A stretch of DNA of 64,000 bases from the human T2T-CHM13v2.0 reference genome, Homo sapiens: the NCBI RefSeq assembly GCF_009914755.1, contig NC_060931.1, one strand, 5' to 3'. Numbering within the stretch: the first letter of the stretch is position 1; every line of letters starts with the position of its first letter. Under the pieces are notes generated by a model. That model had not been told where the DNA came from and searched no databases. It saw only the letters and a list, made by a program, of their open reading frames with translations. The position numbers and the translations under genes were made by a program. This document shows, piece after piece, positions 1 to 15,571 of the stretch.

Positions 1-2475
<2,475 letters not shown>

Positions 2476-2523
2476 TTATTTTGCTCGTTAGTTGGTGCAG
2501 TTTCTTCCTAGTCCTGATGGTCT

Positions 2524-3537
2524 TTACATTTTGGCATGATTTTGCAGCAGCTGGTACTGGTTGTGCCTTTCCATGTTTTGTGCTTCCTTCGGGAGCTCTT
2601 TTAGGGTAGGCCTGGTGGTGACAAAATCTCTCATCATTTGCTTGTCTGTAAAGTATTTTATTTCTTCTTCACTTATGAAGGTTAGTTTGGCTGGATATGA
2701 AATTCTGGGTTGAAAATTTTTTTCTTTAAGAATGTTGAATATTGGCCCCCACTCTCTTCTGGCTTTTAGAGTTTCTGCCGAGAGATCCGCTGTTAGTCTG
2801 ATGGGCTTCCCTTTGTGGGTAACCCGACCTTTGTCCCTGGCTGCCCTTAACATTTTTTCCTTCATTTCAACTTTTGTGAATCTGACAATTATGTGTCTTG
2901 GAGTTGCTCTTCTCCAGGAGTATCTTTGTGGCGTTCTCTGTATTTCCTGAATCTGAACGTTGGCCTGCCTTGCTAGATTGGGGAAGTTCTCCTGGATAAT
3001 ATCCTGCAGAGTGTTTTCCAACTTGGTTATATTCTCCTCGTCACTTTCAGGTACACCAATCAGACGTAGATTTGGTCTTTTCACATAGTCCCATATTTCT
3101 TGGAGGCTTTGTTCGTTTCTTTTTATTCTTTTTTCTCTAAACTTCCCTTCTCGCTTCATTTCGTTCATTTCATCTTCCATCACTGATACCCTTTCTTCCA
3201 GTTGATCGCATCGGCTCCTGAGGCTTCTGCATTCTTCACGTAGTTCTCGAGCCTTGGCTTTCAGGTCCATCAGCTCCTTTAAGCACTTCTCTGTATTGGT
3301 TATTCTAGTTATACATTCATCTAAATTTTTTTCAAAGTTTTCAACTTCTTTGCCTTTGGTTTGAATTTCCTCCTGTAGCTCGGAGTAATTTGATCGTCTG
3401 AAGCCTTCTTCTCTCAACTCGTCAAAGTCATTCTCCTTCCAGCTTTGTTCTGTTGCTGGTGAGGAACTGCGTTCCTTTGGAGGAGGAGAGGCGCTCTGCT
3501 TAGAGTTTCCAGTTTTTCTGCTCTGTTTTTTCCCCAT
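2524..3537 (-). CDS. L1 ORF1p (RNA-binding chaperone), open 337-aa frame
   Basis: ORF track MGKKQSRKTGNSK...; coiled coil, RRM (RPNLRLIGVPE), ARR and YPAKL motifs present. One codon shorter than the 338-aa consensus; REKG reads RDKG. Confidence 0.93.
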   Translation of the reverse strand: MGKKQSRKTGNSKQSASPPPKERSSSPATEQSWKENDFDELREEGFRRSNYSELQEEIQTKGKEVENFEKNLDECITRITNTEKCLKELMDLKAKARELREECRSLRSRCDQLEERVSVMEDEMNEMKREGKFREKRIKRNEQSLQEIWDYVKRPNLRLIGVPESDEENITKLENTLQDIIQENFPNLARQANVQIQEIQRTPQRYSWRRATPRHIIVRFTKVEMKEKMLRAARDKGRVTHKGKPIRLTADLSAETLKARREWGPIFNILKEKNFQPRISYPAKLTFISEEEIKYFTDKQMMRDFVTTRPTLKELPKEAQNMERHNQYQLLQNHAKM

Positions 3538-4571
3538 CTTTGTGGTTTTATCTACTTTTGGTCTTTGATGATGGTGATGTACAGATGGGTTTTTGGTGTG
3601 GATGTCCTTTCTGTTTGTTAGTTTTCCTTCTAACAGACAGGACCCTCAGCTGCAGGTCTGTTGGAGTTTGCTAGAGGTCCACTCCAGACCCTGTTTGCCT
3701 GGGTATCAGCAGTGGTGTCTGCAGAACCGCAGATTTTCGTGTTACATGAATGCTGCTGTCTGATCGTTCCTCTGGAAGTTTTGTCTCAGAGGAGTACCTG
3801 GCCGTGTGAGGTGTCAGTCTGTACCTACTGGGGTGTGCCTCCCAGTTAGGCTGCTCGGGGGTCAGGGGTCAGGGACCCACTTGAGGAGGCAGTCTGCCCG
3901 TTCTCAGATCTCCAGCTGCGTGCTGGGAGAACCACTGCTCTCCTCAACGCTGTCAGACAGGGACATTTAAGTCTGCAGAGGTTACTGCTGTCTTTTTGTT
4001 TGTCTGTGCCCTGCCCCCAGAGGTGGAGCCTACAGAGGCAGGCAGGCCTCCTTGAGCTGTGTTGGGCTCCACCCAGTTCGAGCTTCCCGGCTGCTTTGTT
4101 TACCTAAGCAAGCCTGGGCAATGGCGGGCGCCCCTCCCCCAGCCTGGCTGCTACCTTGCAGTTTGATCTCAGACTGCTGTGCTAGCAATCGGCGAGACTC
4201 CGTGAGCGTAGGACCCTCCGAGCCAGGTGCGGGATATAGTCTCCTGATGCGCCGGTTTTTAAGCCCGTAGGAAAAGCGCAGTATTCGGGTGGGAGTGGCC
4301 TGATTTTCCACGTGCTGTCTGTCACCCCTTTCCTTGACCAGGAAAGGGAACTCCCTGACCCCTTGTGCTTCCCGAGTGAGGCAGTGCCTCGCCCTGCTTC
4401 AGCTGGCGCACGGTGCGCTGCACCCACTGTCCTGTGCCCACTGTCTGGCACTCCCTATTGATATGAACCCAGTACCTCAGATGGAAATGCAAAAATCACC
4501 CGTCTTCTGCGTGGCTCACGCTGGGAGCTGTAGACCGGAGCTGTTCCTATTCGGCCATCTTGGCTCCTCCC
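3538..4571 (-). promoter_or_regulatory. L1 5'UTR internal sense promoter and antisense promoter; YY1 site at 4553-4562
   Basis: GC/CpG-rich L1PA 5'UTR. GGCCATCTTG at 4553-4562 is the reverse complement of the CAAGATGGCC YY1 element. Confidence 0.9.
4121..4270 (+). pseudogene. L1 ORF0 (antisense ORF), truncated at 49 aa
   Basis: MAGAPPPAWLLPCSLISDCCASNRRDSVSVGPSEPGAGYSLLMRRFLSP* matches the ORF0 N-terminus. TAG at 4268-4270 precedes the EKR... C-terminal part of the 71-aa consensus. Confidence 0.85.
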
Positions 4572-4949
4572 TCTCTTCCTTATGTTTAATAACTATCACA
4601 GTAAACATGCTTTTTGTTTAATATTAATAATGATAATTAATCTAGAAGAAAAATATTAAAGCCTAGAGTTTTGTGGTCACAGGAAATCATAGCCATTTAA
4701 AAATTTTAAAGTATGTATGAAATTTTATGATGCAGAGAAATATGATGGAGTATTTGTAAGTCGGTAAAAGACTTTAAGCATAAATGTATTTATTTCATTA
4801 GGTTGAAATTTGGATGGAGAGGAGGAATGAAATATGGTTTCAAAGAGGAAAGCATACAATGTAAATTTTAAAAGTCTTGTTAATGTATGTTTTATATGGA
4901 TTATAGTGGGAATAAAATATGATATTTAGGTTTCTCTGGATACATTTAA

Positions 4950-6490
4950 AAGAATAATATTAAGAAAGTGAAAAGACAGGCCTCTGTGGTTTGATCTGTG
5001 AGATCATCAGAGTGTTCTAAAGTTGATTTTGTGGCTGTTTGGCACAACTCTAAAAAACCATTGAAAGCCTCTGTGGCTTATCTTTTCACTTTCTTAATAT
5101 TATTCTTTTAAATGTATCCAGAGAAATAAAAATTTTACAAATCACATACCTGATAAGGGACTGGTATCCCAGAATATATAAAGAACTCTTACAACTCAAT
5201 AATAAAAGACAACCCAATTAAAATTCTTGGCAAAGGATCTGAACAGATGTTTCTTCAAAGAGGATATACACATGGCCAATAAACATATGAAAAGGTGTTG
5301 AACTTTATTAGCCATCAGGGAAATTCAAATCAAAACCATCACGAGCTACCACTTCACAGGGAAATTAAAATCAAAATAATGATGAGCTATCTAGGATGGC
5401 CTGAAGAAAAAAACAAAAACAAAAACAGGTAATTGCAAATGTTGGTGAGGATGTGAATAATTGGAACTCTCATACCCTGGGACTGCAAAATGATTCACCT
5501 GCTTTGGAAAACAGTCTGTAGTTCCTCAAATAGTTAAACATAGAATTATGACATGATCCAGTAATTCCACTCCAAAGTATATACCCGAGAGAAATGAAAA
5601 CGTGTCGACACAGAAACTTTTGCACCAAAGGACAGAGCAGCATTGTTCATGATAGCCAAAATGTGGGAACAATCCCAATGTCCATCATCTGATGAATGGA
5701 TAAAGTGCAGCATATCTATATAATGAAATGTTATTCATTAATAGACAGAAATGAAGTACTGATAGATGCTGCGACATGAGTGAACTTTGATAACATTATG
5801 TTAAGTGAAAGAAGCTAGTCACAAAGGACCACATATTGTATGATTCTGTTTATATGAAATGTCCAAAATAGGTAAATCTATAGAGACAGAAAGTAGATTA
5901 ATGGTTGCTTAGGGCCGAGGTGGAAGTAGTGGTGGGGAGGAGATGATGGGGTGGGGTGGGGGATTGACAGCTGTGGCTCTCTTTGAGATCATCAAAGTGG
6001 ATTTTGTTGAGATCATCAAAATGGATTTTGTTGATGTTTGGCACAACTCTGTAAATATACTAAAAACCATTTTTATTAGTTCATTTTCACACTGCTGATG
6101 AAGATATACCCTAGACTGGGCAGTTTACAAAAGAAAAAGGTTTAATGGACTTACAGTTCCACGTGGCTGGGGAGGCCTCACAATCATGGCAGAAGGTGAA
6201 AGGCACATCTCACATGGTGGCAGACAAGAGAGAGAGCTTGTGCAGGAAAACTCCCATTTTTAAAACCATCAGATCTTGTGAGACTTACTCACTATCATGA
6301 GAACAGCAAGGGAAAAACCTGCCTCCCTGATTCAGTTATCTCCCACTGGCTCCCTCCCACAACACATGGGAATTATGGGAGCTACAAGATGAGATTTGAG
6401 TGGGGACACAGAGCCAAACCATATCACCATTGAACTGTACACTTCAAATGAGTGAATTGTATAGTATGTAATTATACCTCAAGCGGTTTA
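4950..6490 (+). mobile_element. Old L1M (L1MB-like) 3' portion, interrupted by THE1A and rearranged at its 5' end
   Basis: ORF2-end/3'UTR-like text (aaagaactcttacaactcaataa, gtaattccactcc, gacagaaagtagattaatggttgc, tgaactgtacactt...attatacctcaa). Confidence 0.8.
6072..6426 (-). mobile_element. THE1A-like MaLR solo LTR
   Basis: Ends ...gagccaaaccatatca (reverse complement of TGATATGGTTTGGCTC). 5-bp TSD CCATT at 6067-6071 and 6427-6431. Confidence 0.9.
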
Positions 6491-6825
6491 AAGAAATAAT
6501 GTAATAGTTTCATTTTTAAGAGTCTGTGTTTACAATATGCCAGAAATGACATACTTTGCATTCTCAAATACACATGTGATGAACTGTTGCACATATCACC
6601 TTAAACATTTAAAAAAATGCAGTCTTAAATTACCAGTTTTAATGGTTGCATAATATTTCAGTAAGTTAATGTGGGATACTTTGCTCATTTTCCCCCTATA
6701 TAAGTACTTTCTCATATTTTGATGTTTTAAATATGAATTTCTATACCTGCTAATTTTCTTCTTTTGCTACTTTCTTTGGATAAAATTCTGACTGACACTC
6801 AGAAAAAATGAATAGATAGCAAGAG

Positions 6826-6979
6826 TTTTTTTTTAATTAAATTTTTATTTATTTATTTTTTATAGAGACAGGGTTTCGCCATGTTGGCCAGGCTGATATC
6901 AAACTCCTGGCCTCAAGTGATCTGCCTGCCTTGGCCTCCCAAAGTGCTGGGATTACAGGCCTGAGCCACTGTGTCTAGC
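6826..6979 (-). mobile_element. Alu left monomer (FLAM_C/AluJ-like)
   Basis: T-rich tail then agagacagggtttcgccatgttggccagg...cccaaagtgctgggattacagg. Confidence 0.85.
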
Positions 6980-7189
6980 ATGAATTGGGATTGCTGAGAT
7001 TTCTTGCATAGGTATTGCCATGTTACTTTCTGAAGGGTTGAACCAATTTTTCTCATTTACATTTTTTTTTTACTGTTAACTATATAATTTGTTCCACAGT
7101 AAACGTTTAAAGGTGTATTTCTTTGAGTATCAAAGTAAATTATTGTTAAACCTCCATTTGTTTCCTATTACTGCCTTAAGAGTGATGAA

Positions 7190-7500
7190 AGTTATTTATT
7201 AAATGAACTCATACTGAATACCCACTCTGTGTCAAAACTTGTACCAGATACTGGAGACTGGAGATGCAAAGTGAGAAAGGCTTAGTTTCGCACTCAGAAA
7301 AGTTCCACATCTCGTGGGGAAATAATTACAGTAGGTAACATGAAGGCGTCAAGTATGAAAAGGTGTTTGAGGAGGCACCTGGAGGTTGTGGCCAGCATAG
7401 GAGGGGAGGTGATATGTATGTACAGCTCAAAAGATGAGCAGACCTTTGCCTGGAGGCAAGATGAGGACAAAGAGAGGGCATTCCTGGTGCAATTACACAC
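7190..7500 (-). mobile_element. L2 fragment
   Basis: Degenerate L2 3' end (tactgaatacccactctgtgtca...gatactggaga). Confidence 0.5.
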
Positions 7501-8211
7501 ACAGCCTCCAAACACAGTGATCTGGGCAAGCAGTTCCCACAGGTTCCCTTTGACTGAAGAGTTGTCGGCTTTTTTGTGTTTCTAATTTATTCATTAGTAC
7601 ATTTGGTTGTTTTCTTTGTTTTTGATAATATGCTCTGTTCTTTGCATTCCATACACATATTAATAGTAATGTTAAATGTTACTTTTAAGACAAATATTTC
7701 CTTTTAGTCTGTCCTTTGACTTTTTATTTTTCATCATATTTTTACATTCTGGGATTGTGATGATTTGTTTTGATATACACCATATGGAAATTTCTTAATT
7801 TATAACATTATGGATTTAGCTGGTCCAGTAGTAGCAAAGCCTTGTTTCTTAAGGTGGTTTTCCCGCTAAGTATGAGAAGAGTTGTAAAATATATGTGGGG
7901 CCCTTATTTCTCATGCCCAAGCTCTTTCTGTGTCGAACCGCTTTATAATAATACAGCGTGACGTTAACTTGATGGCTGAGTTAGGAAGCCAGATGACAGC
8001 TTCTCTTTATTTACTATCTTCTCAGGGTAGAATGGCTTCATTCACTTGATCTGAAGAGCCAAGCCAACAGCCCTACTCTGGGCCTCCACAGGTCTGTGGC
8101 AGCAGTAAATTGAAAAACCTGTTCACATCTCAACAGCCTCAAATTTTTATTTTTTTAGCAATATAGTAGATAGTAAGGAGTGAAACGATATAAATCAGAT
8201 GGAAAGGGAAT

Positions 8212-8589
8212 TGGTATGGACTGAATTGTTTCTCCCTTCAAAATTCGTATATTGAAGCGCCAGTCTCCAATGTGACTGTATTTATGGATAAGGCCTTTAT
8301 GGAAGTAGTTAAAATTAAATGAGATCATAAGAGTAGGGCCCTGATCTAATTGGGTTAATGTCCTTATGTTGAAGAGATAACAGAGAACTCTCTCTCCCTC
8401 TACTCCGTGTGAGTATACAGCAGGAAGGCAGACATCTGCAAGCTAGGAAAAGGGTCCTGACCAGGAACCAAACCCTGCTGGACCTTGATCTTGGACTTTC
8501 CAGTCCCCAAAACTAAGAAAATCAGTTTCGGTTGTTTAAGTCAACCAGTCCATGGTATTTTATTATTGCAGCCTGAGCAGACGAAAACA
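8212..8589 (+). mobile_element. MLT1A-like MaLR LTR
   Basis: tggtatggactgaattgt...ccttgatcttggactttccag...ggtattttattattgcagcctgagcagacgaaaaca. Confidence 0.85.
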
Positions 8590-10779
8590 GTCATAATGAT
8601 AATAACCAAAACAATTATTTATTACCTAACATATATCCATTTTGGATTCCCTTAAAGCCAAGTATAAGTTAAGTCATATCTTTATCTCCATTTTCCTGAT
8701 GGGTAATCTAATCATTAAGTAACTTCCCTCAGGTCTCAGTGCCGGGAAGGTGAATCTGTGGATCCTTGTTGAGCTTATGTCTAATTTAGGTAACAGCTCT
8801 ATGTAATTCATTTATATATTTGAGAGGAAAAGAGACTCAACAGCAACCACAAGTAGACTACAAACTCCTGCACAAATATGTTTGGGAAACTCACATCCTC
8901 TTCTTAGTGGATATGCGTTTAATATTCAAGACTCTGTGAAATCCTACACGGAAGAAACCTGTTTAACTTTACTTTATCAGAATACTTCTAGGGGCACCTC
9001 TGGTGATACCATGGGTAACAATGTTTCTTGGACATCAGTTTGGGAAGTGCAGCCCAGAGTGGTCATTAGATTCCTGCACTCGCCACCATAGGCCTATTCA
9101 ATTTGAAACATACTTAAATGTTGATGAGCATGCATGCTTATTACAATTTATTGAACTAAAAAATGTAATGAGAATATACATATATGTTACTTCAAGAAAT
9201 TCAGTCGAATTTAGCTTTTCTTTTTGCATAAAGATTAGACAAAACGTTAAGGTAGATGGTTATGAATTTTAGACATCTTACCGCTAAGAAAAGAAAGTAG
9301 ATGGCTCTATAAAAGTAAGCTTTTTTATTATTATTTTAGTGAGCACCAAATGTGGTAGGCATTTCTGTAGGGCAGAAAGGATGAGAGTTCCAGTCTCATG
9401 GAATTTACATTGTATAGAGATGTGGAGATTAAGGGTTACATGTGTTCTTCTCAACATGTTTATATATGTATATATATTTTACACATTATTGTAGTTGGAA
9501 GGTTTTTTGCACATTGTGGCCTTGGCCACTCATAAATACATCCTCAGTTTTTTTCAGGTATTAATATTTTGATTATGGAAACAGACTTTGGGCCTATGCT
9601 TGGCTTACAATGTTTCAGTCCACAAATGAATCTTATTTTTAATTATTGAATGAATGATTTCTCTTTAACCTTAAAATGATTTAAAATCTCTAAAGAGACT
9701 TGTTAGTTTTATCCTTTTTTTTCCCCCGTAACTCAAAAGCAGTTTTAAAAAATCTACACATTTGCCAGGCTTGAATTGAAAACATTTGAGCATCTGAGTG
9801 AAGGTGTTGGTGAAGTTGGTTGACGGTTTTTTTCTTTAATCTCATGATAACATCACTTAAATAATTTATAAGAAAAATCCTGGGTATTTTCCTCCTTTTT
9901 TTTTAGAGATGAGATCTCACTCTGTCATCAGTCTTTTAAAAGTAGGTCCTACTACATACTTGATAACACTTAAAATGAATGTTTTTAGACAGTTATAATT
10001 TATTTATAGTTAGATGAACCAAACAGCCTTTAACTTCTGTTGCTAAAGCAAGCCCACTTCAAGATACAAAAGATCTTCCATCTTTAACATATTGGCCAAA
10101 GGAGAAAAAGAGAAAAAAGAACGTTGAAAATGTGTTGTCCTACTTCATTTTCCCTTCTGTGTCACACACAGTGAGAATAATTAACAGCCACTTAGTAGAT
10201 TTCTTTTAAGCAGATCACTGATCTGGGAAGTGCTCACTTAGTCTCAGAAAGGATTTGGTCAGTGGAGAAGAAAATCACAACTGACATTTATGGGTGGAGT
10301 CTGTGGGCAGGAGCAGCCAGCTTTTTGACAGCAGTTGTGAGCTCTGGGTAACTCCCACCAGTTAGTGAAATTAATGCCAACTTCTTTTTGTTTCTTTAGC
10401 CTTGCCACTGTTTGCCTAAACATTCAAAGAAAGGCAGTAATTCCATCATATTTCTTGATTCACAAAGCTTAAGGGCAGGCAGGAGGATGTTCATCTTATG
10501 GAAGCCTCCGGTTGTTGAGTTAGTGTTTTGCATTAAGATGGCAAGAGAAAGCTGTTGTTGCTTAATTAGTGAGAGGCATACTGACAGTATGAAGGACTTT
10601 TTTTTTTTTTTTAATTCTGCTGGAGGTGATTTTTAATGGTTCAGCGTGCATGTGAGTATTCTAAGCCCAAAGCCAGACCCTGGTTCCTTTGATGGACTGC
10701 TTGCAAATTAGTTGAAACGTAGCTATAACTTAAGCCTTTATTCTTTTCTCTTGTTCTTTTTCCCCATTAAGCTTTCCCC

Positions 10780-11440
10780 CTCACTTAAAAAATAAAAATA
10801 TAACATATGCATATCAAACAAAAGAGCATAAAATAAAAAGTTTTCCTCATGCTCCCAAGTCTCTGGTTACCCTTTTTAGAGATAACTATGAACAGCATTT
10901 TAAAAACTGCTTCCAGACATTTTCTTTGCCTATGGGTCTCTTCCCCACCTTGGGCTCCACACTAGTGGAGCTTTTCTTCTTAGCAATGTATATTGAAGAG
11001 TGTTTTATATCAGCATGTATATAGATCCAACTCATTCTGTTCATAGGTTGCATGCTATTCATCGTATGGATGTACTATAATTTATTTACCTGTTTTTAAA
11101 AATTGGTGAACATTTAGGTTGTTTATTGGGTTTTATTCTTACAAACAGATGAATGGATAGTTTTGTTAACGACTAAATATTGAGTCACATATGGTAATAT
11201 ACATTTAAAATTATAATACTATATATATTGCCAAAATTGCCTGATGAACTGACTCACACCCTCATCTGAAATGTCTGTTTTTCCACCTTTACCCTTGTTG
11301 CATTTTCTGAAGCTTGCAATCTGGAACATGAAAATATATGCTTTACTAGTTATTTTAAATTTACATTACTTTAATTATTAGTGAGGCTGAGCATATTTTC
11401 TTTTTATGTTTATAAGCCATTAAATTATTTTTTCTTGTGA
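10780..11440 (-). mobile_element. Old L1M (L1ME-like) 3' fragment
   Basis: gtatggatgtactataatttattt, gaacatttaggttgttt, gtgaggctgagcatatt motifs. Confidence 0.55.
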
Positions 11441-11914
11441 ACTATAGGCTGCTTTCAACACTTAGTTATACCTGATGAGAATTACTGTACAGGTTTGGGA
11501 GGACATCCAGAGACTTGTAGAACCGTCTTAGTGTGTTAGGAACCTTGAAGACGATCTAGTCCCACCTTCCAATTGGTATAAAAAATATTTTTATAACCTC
11601 TGTGACTGGTTCTTTGATTATCTGCTTAAATGCTTTCAATATTAGAACAATCTTAGGGGGCCTGACCTTGCTTGGCTTTGCTTGCTTTACAATGTTTCAG
11701 TCTATAAGTGAATCTTATTTCTAATTATTAAAAGAATGATTTCACTTTAAGTACGTTAAAATGATTTAAAATCTCTAAAGAGACTGGTTAGTTTTATTTT
11801 TTTATCTTTTTTTTTTTTCCTCCTGTAACTCAAAAGCAGTTTTGAGTGAAGGTGTTGGTAAAGTTGTTTGGCGAGTTAAAACTTCATGGGCAACTAATTC
11901 CTCTTTTGGCTTTA

Positions 11915-12184
<270 letters not shown>

Positions 12185-12305
12185 TTATGAAGCTAGAAGA
12201 TTGTTTCAGGTCCAATCAGGGGATCAGGAGCAATGCATGTTTACTGAATCTTGTCCTTTTGACTAAGAATGAGAGAATTTATAATTGAAGAGGGTCCTTT
12301 GAGGG

Positions 12306-12850
12306 TATGTTAGTTATCTATTGCTGCATAATAAATTACTCCTAAACTTCATGCCTTAGTGCCTAAACAACAATAAACATCTGTTCTCTCACAGAGTTTC
12401 TGTGGGTTAGCAATTTGGGAGCAAACTAGCTGGGTGGTTTAGGCTCTGGGTGTCTTGGAGGTTGCGGTCAAGATGGCGGTTGGAGCTGCATTCATTTGAA
12501 GACTTGACTGGGCCATGTGGTTCTGCTTGCACAATGCCTCACTCACATGACTGTTGGCAGAAGGTTAAGGAATGAGGTTCCTTGCCTCATGGACCTCTCT
12601 GTAGGGTTGCCTGAGTGTCTTCACATTCTGGTGGCTGGTGTTTTCTAGAGTGAGTAATCCAAGCAAGGGCAAAATAGAAGCCCTTATGTGTTTTAAGACC
12701 TCAGAAGTCACACATTGTCATTTCTGTAATATCCTATTGCAGGTGCAGTATCCACACAGGTCAGTCCTATTGGTATGGGAGGGGGCTACACAGAAGAGTG
12801 AATACTAGGAGGCAAGGATCAGTGGGGCCTTTCTAGGGAATGACTACCTT
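12306..12850 (-). mobile_element. MLT1 (E/F-like) MaLR LTR
   Basis: Begins tatgttagttatctattgctgcataataaattactcc; contains ctcagaagtcacacattgtcatttctg. Confidence 0.75.
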
Positions 12851-13540
12851 CTGGCCCCTAGAGATTCAGATCTCACCCACCTGGGAAACAAAACATACTC
12901 ACTTCTCTCAGGGCCCCCAGACCTCATCCCAGCACTGAGCCCAATTCTGTGGAGGAGAATTGGAGGATATTTAAACAGATTTGGGGAAGCTAGGAATCTA
13001 TTAAGAATTTTCCTTTCTTGGAAGAAATGTTGGATTTGGGCAGTGTTTTGAATAATAAAAGCATTTCTTTATGCCCTGTCCTATGAAACTTCTGGCCCAA
13101 ATAAATAGGAAATAGATTTATAATCCTGACAGAGGAATGGTGTTCTAGTGAAATATTCCAACTTATTTTTATTCAGAAAAGCTTCATAGCATTTGCTAGT
13201 TCTCAAATATGAGGGTTAGGTTCTTGGAAAACCTGAGAACTGAGAGTTCTCAGTTGAGGGACTTGAAACCTAATAGGGAAAATATGGATAGCAAACTGTG
13301 CTGGCTATTTAATTGTGGTTTCAACTTCAACCTCTCCATTTTATACTTTGTTTTGTGAGGCTGGGGTTGGAACTCTGTAAATTATGCTTCCCAGATTCAC
13401 TGGATTTCCAGTTTGTTCCTGGCAGTAGGAGACACTGGTGGAGAACTGAAATGCAGTAGGGAGAGAAAGGACTTTGCTGTTCTCAGCTCCTGTCACTATT
13501 TCTCCTAGAGTCAGCAACAGCTCTAGCCTATAGTTTCTTT

Positions 13541-15571
<2,031 letters not shown>

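Noticed and set aside
9893-9928. Poly-T plus agagatgagatctcactctgtca as a possible RNA gene end
   Set aside because: A ~25-bp remnant of an Alu 3' end, too short to be functional.
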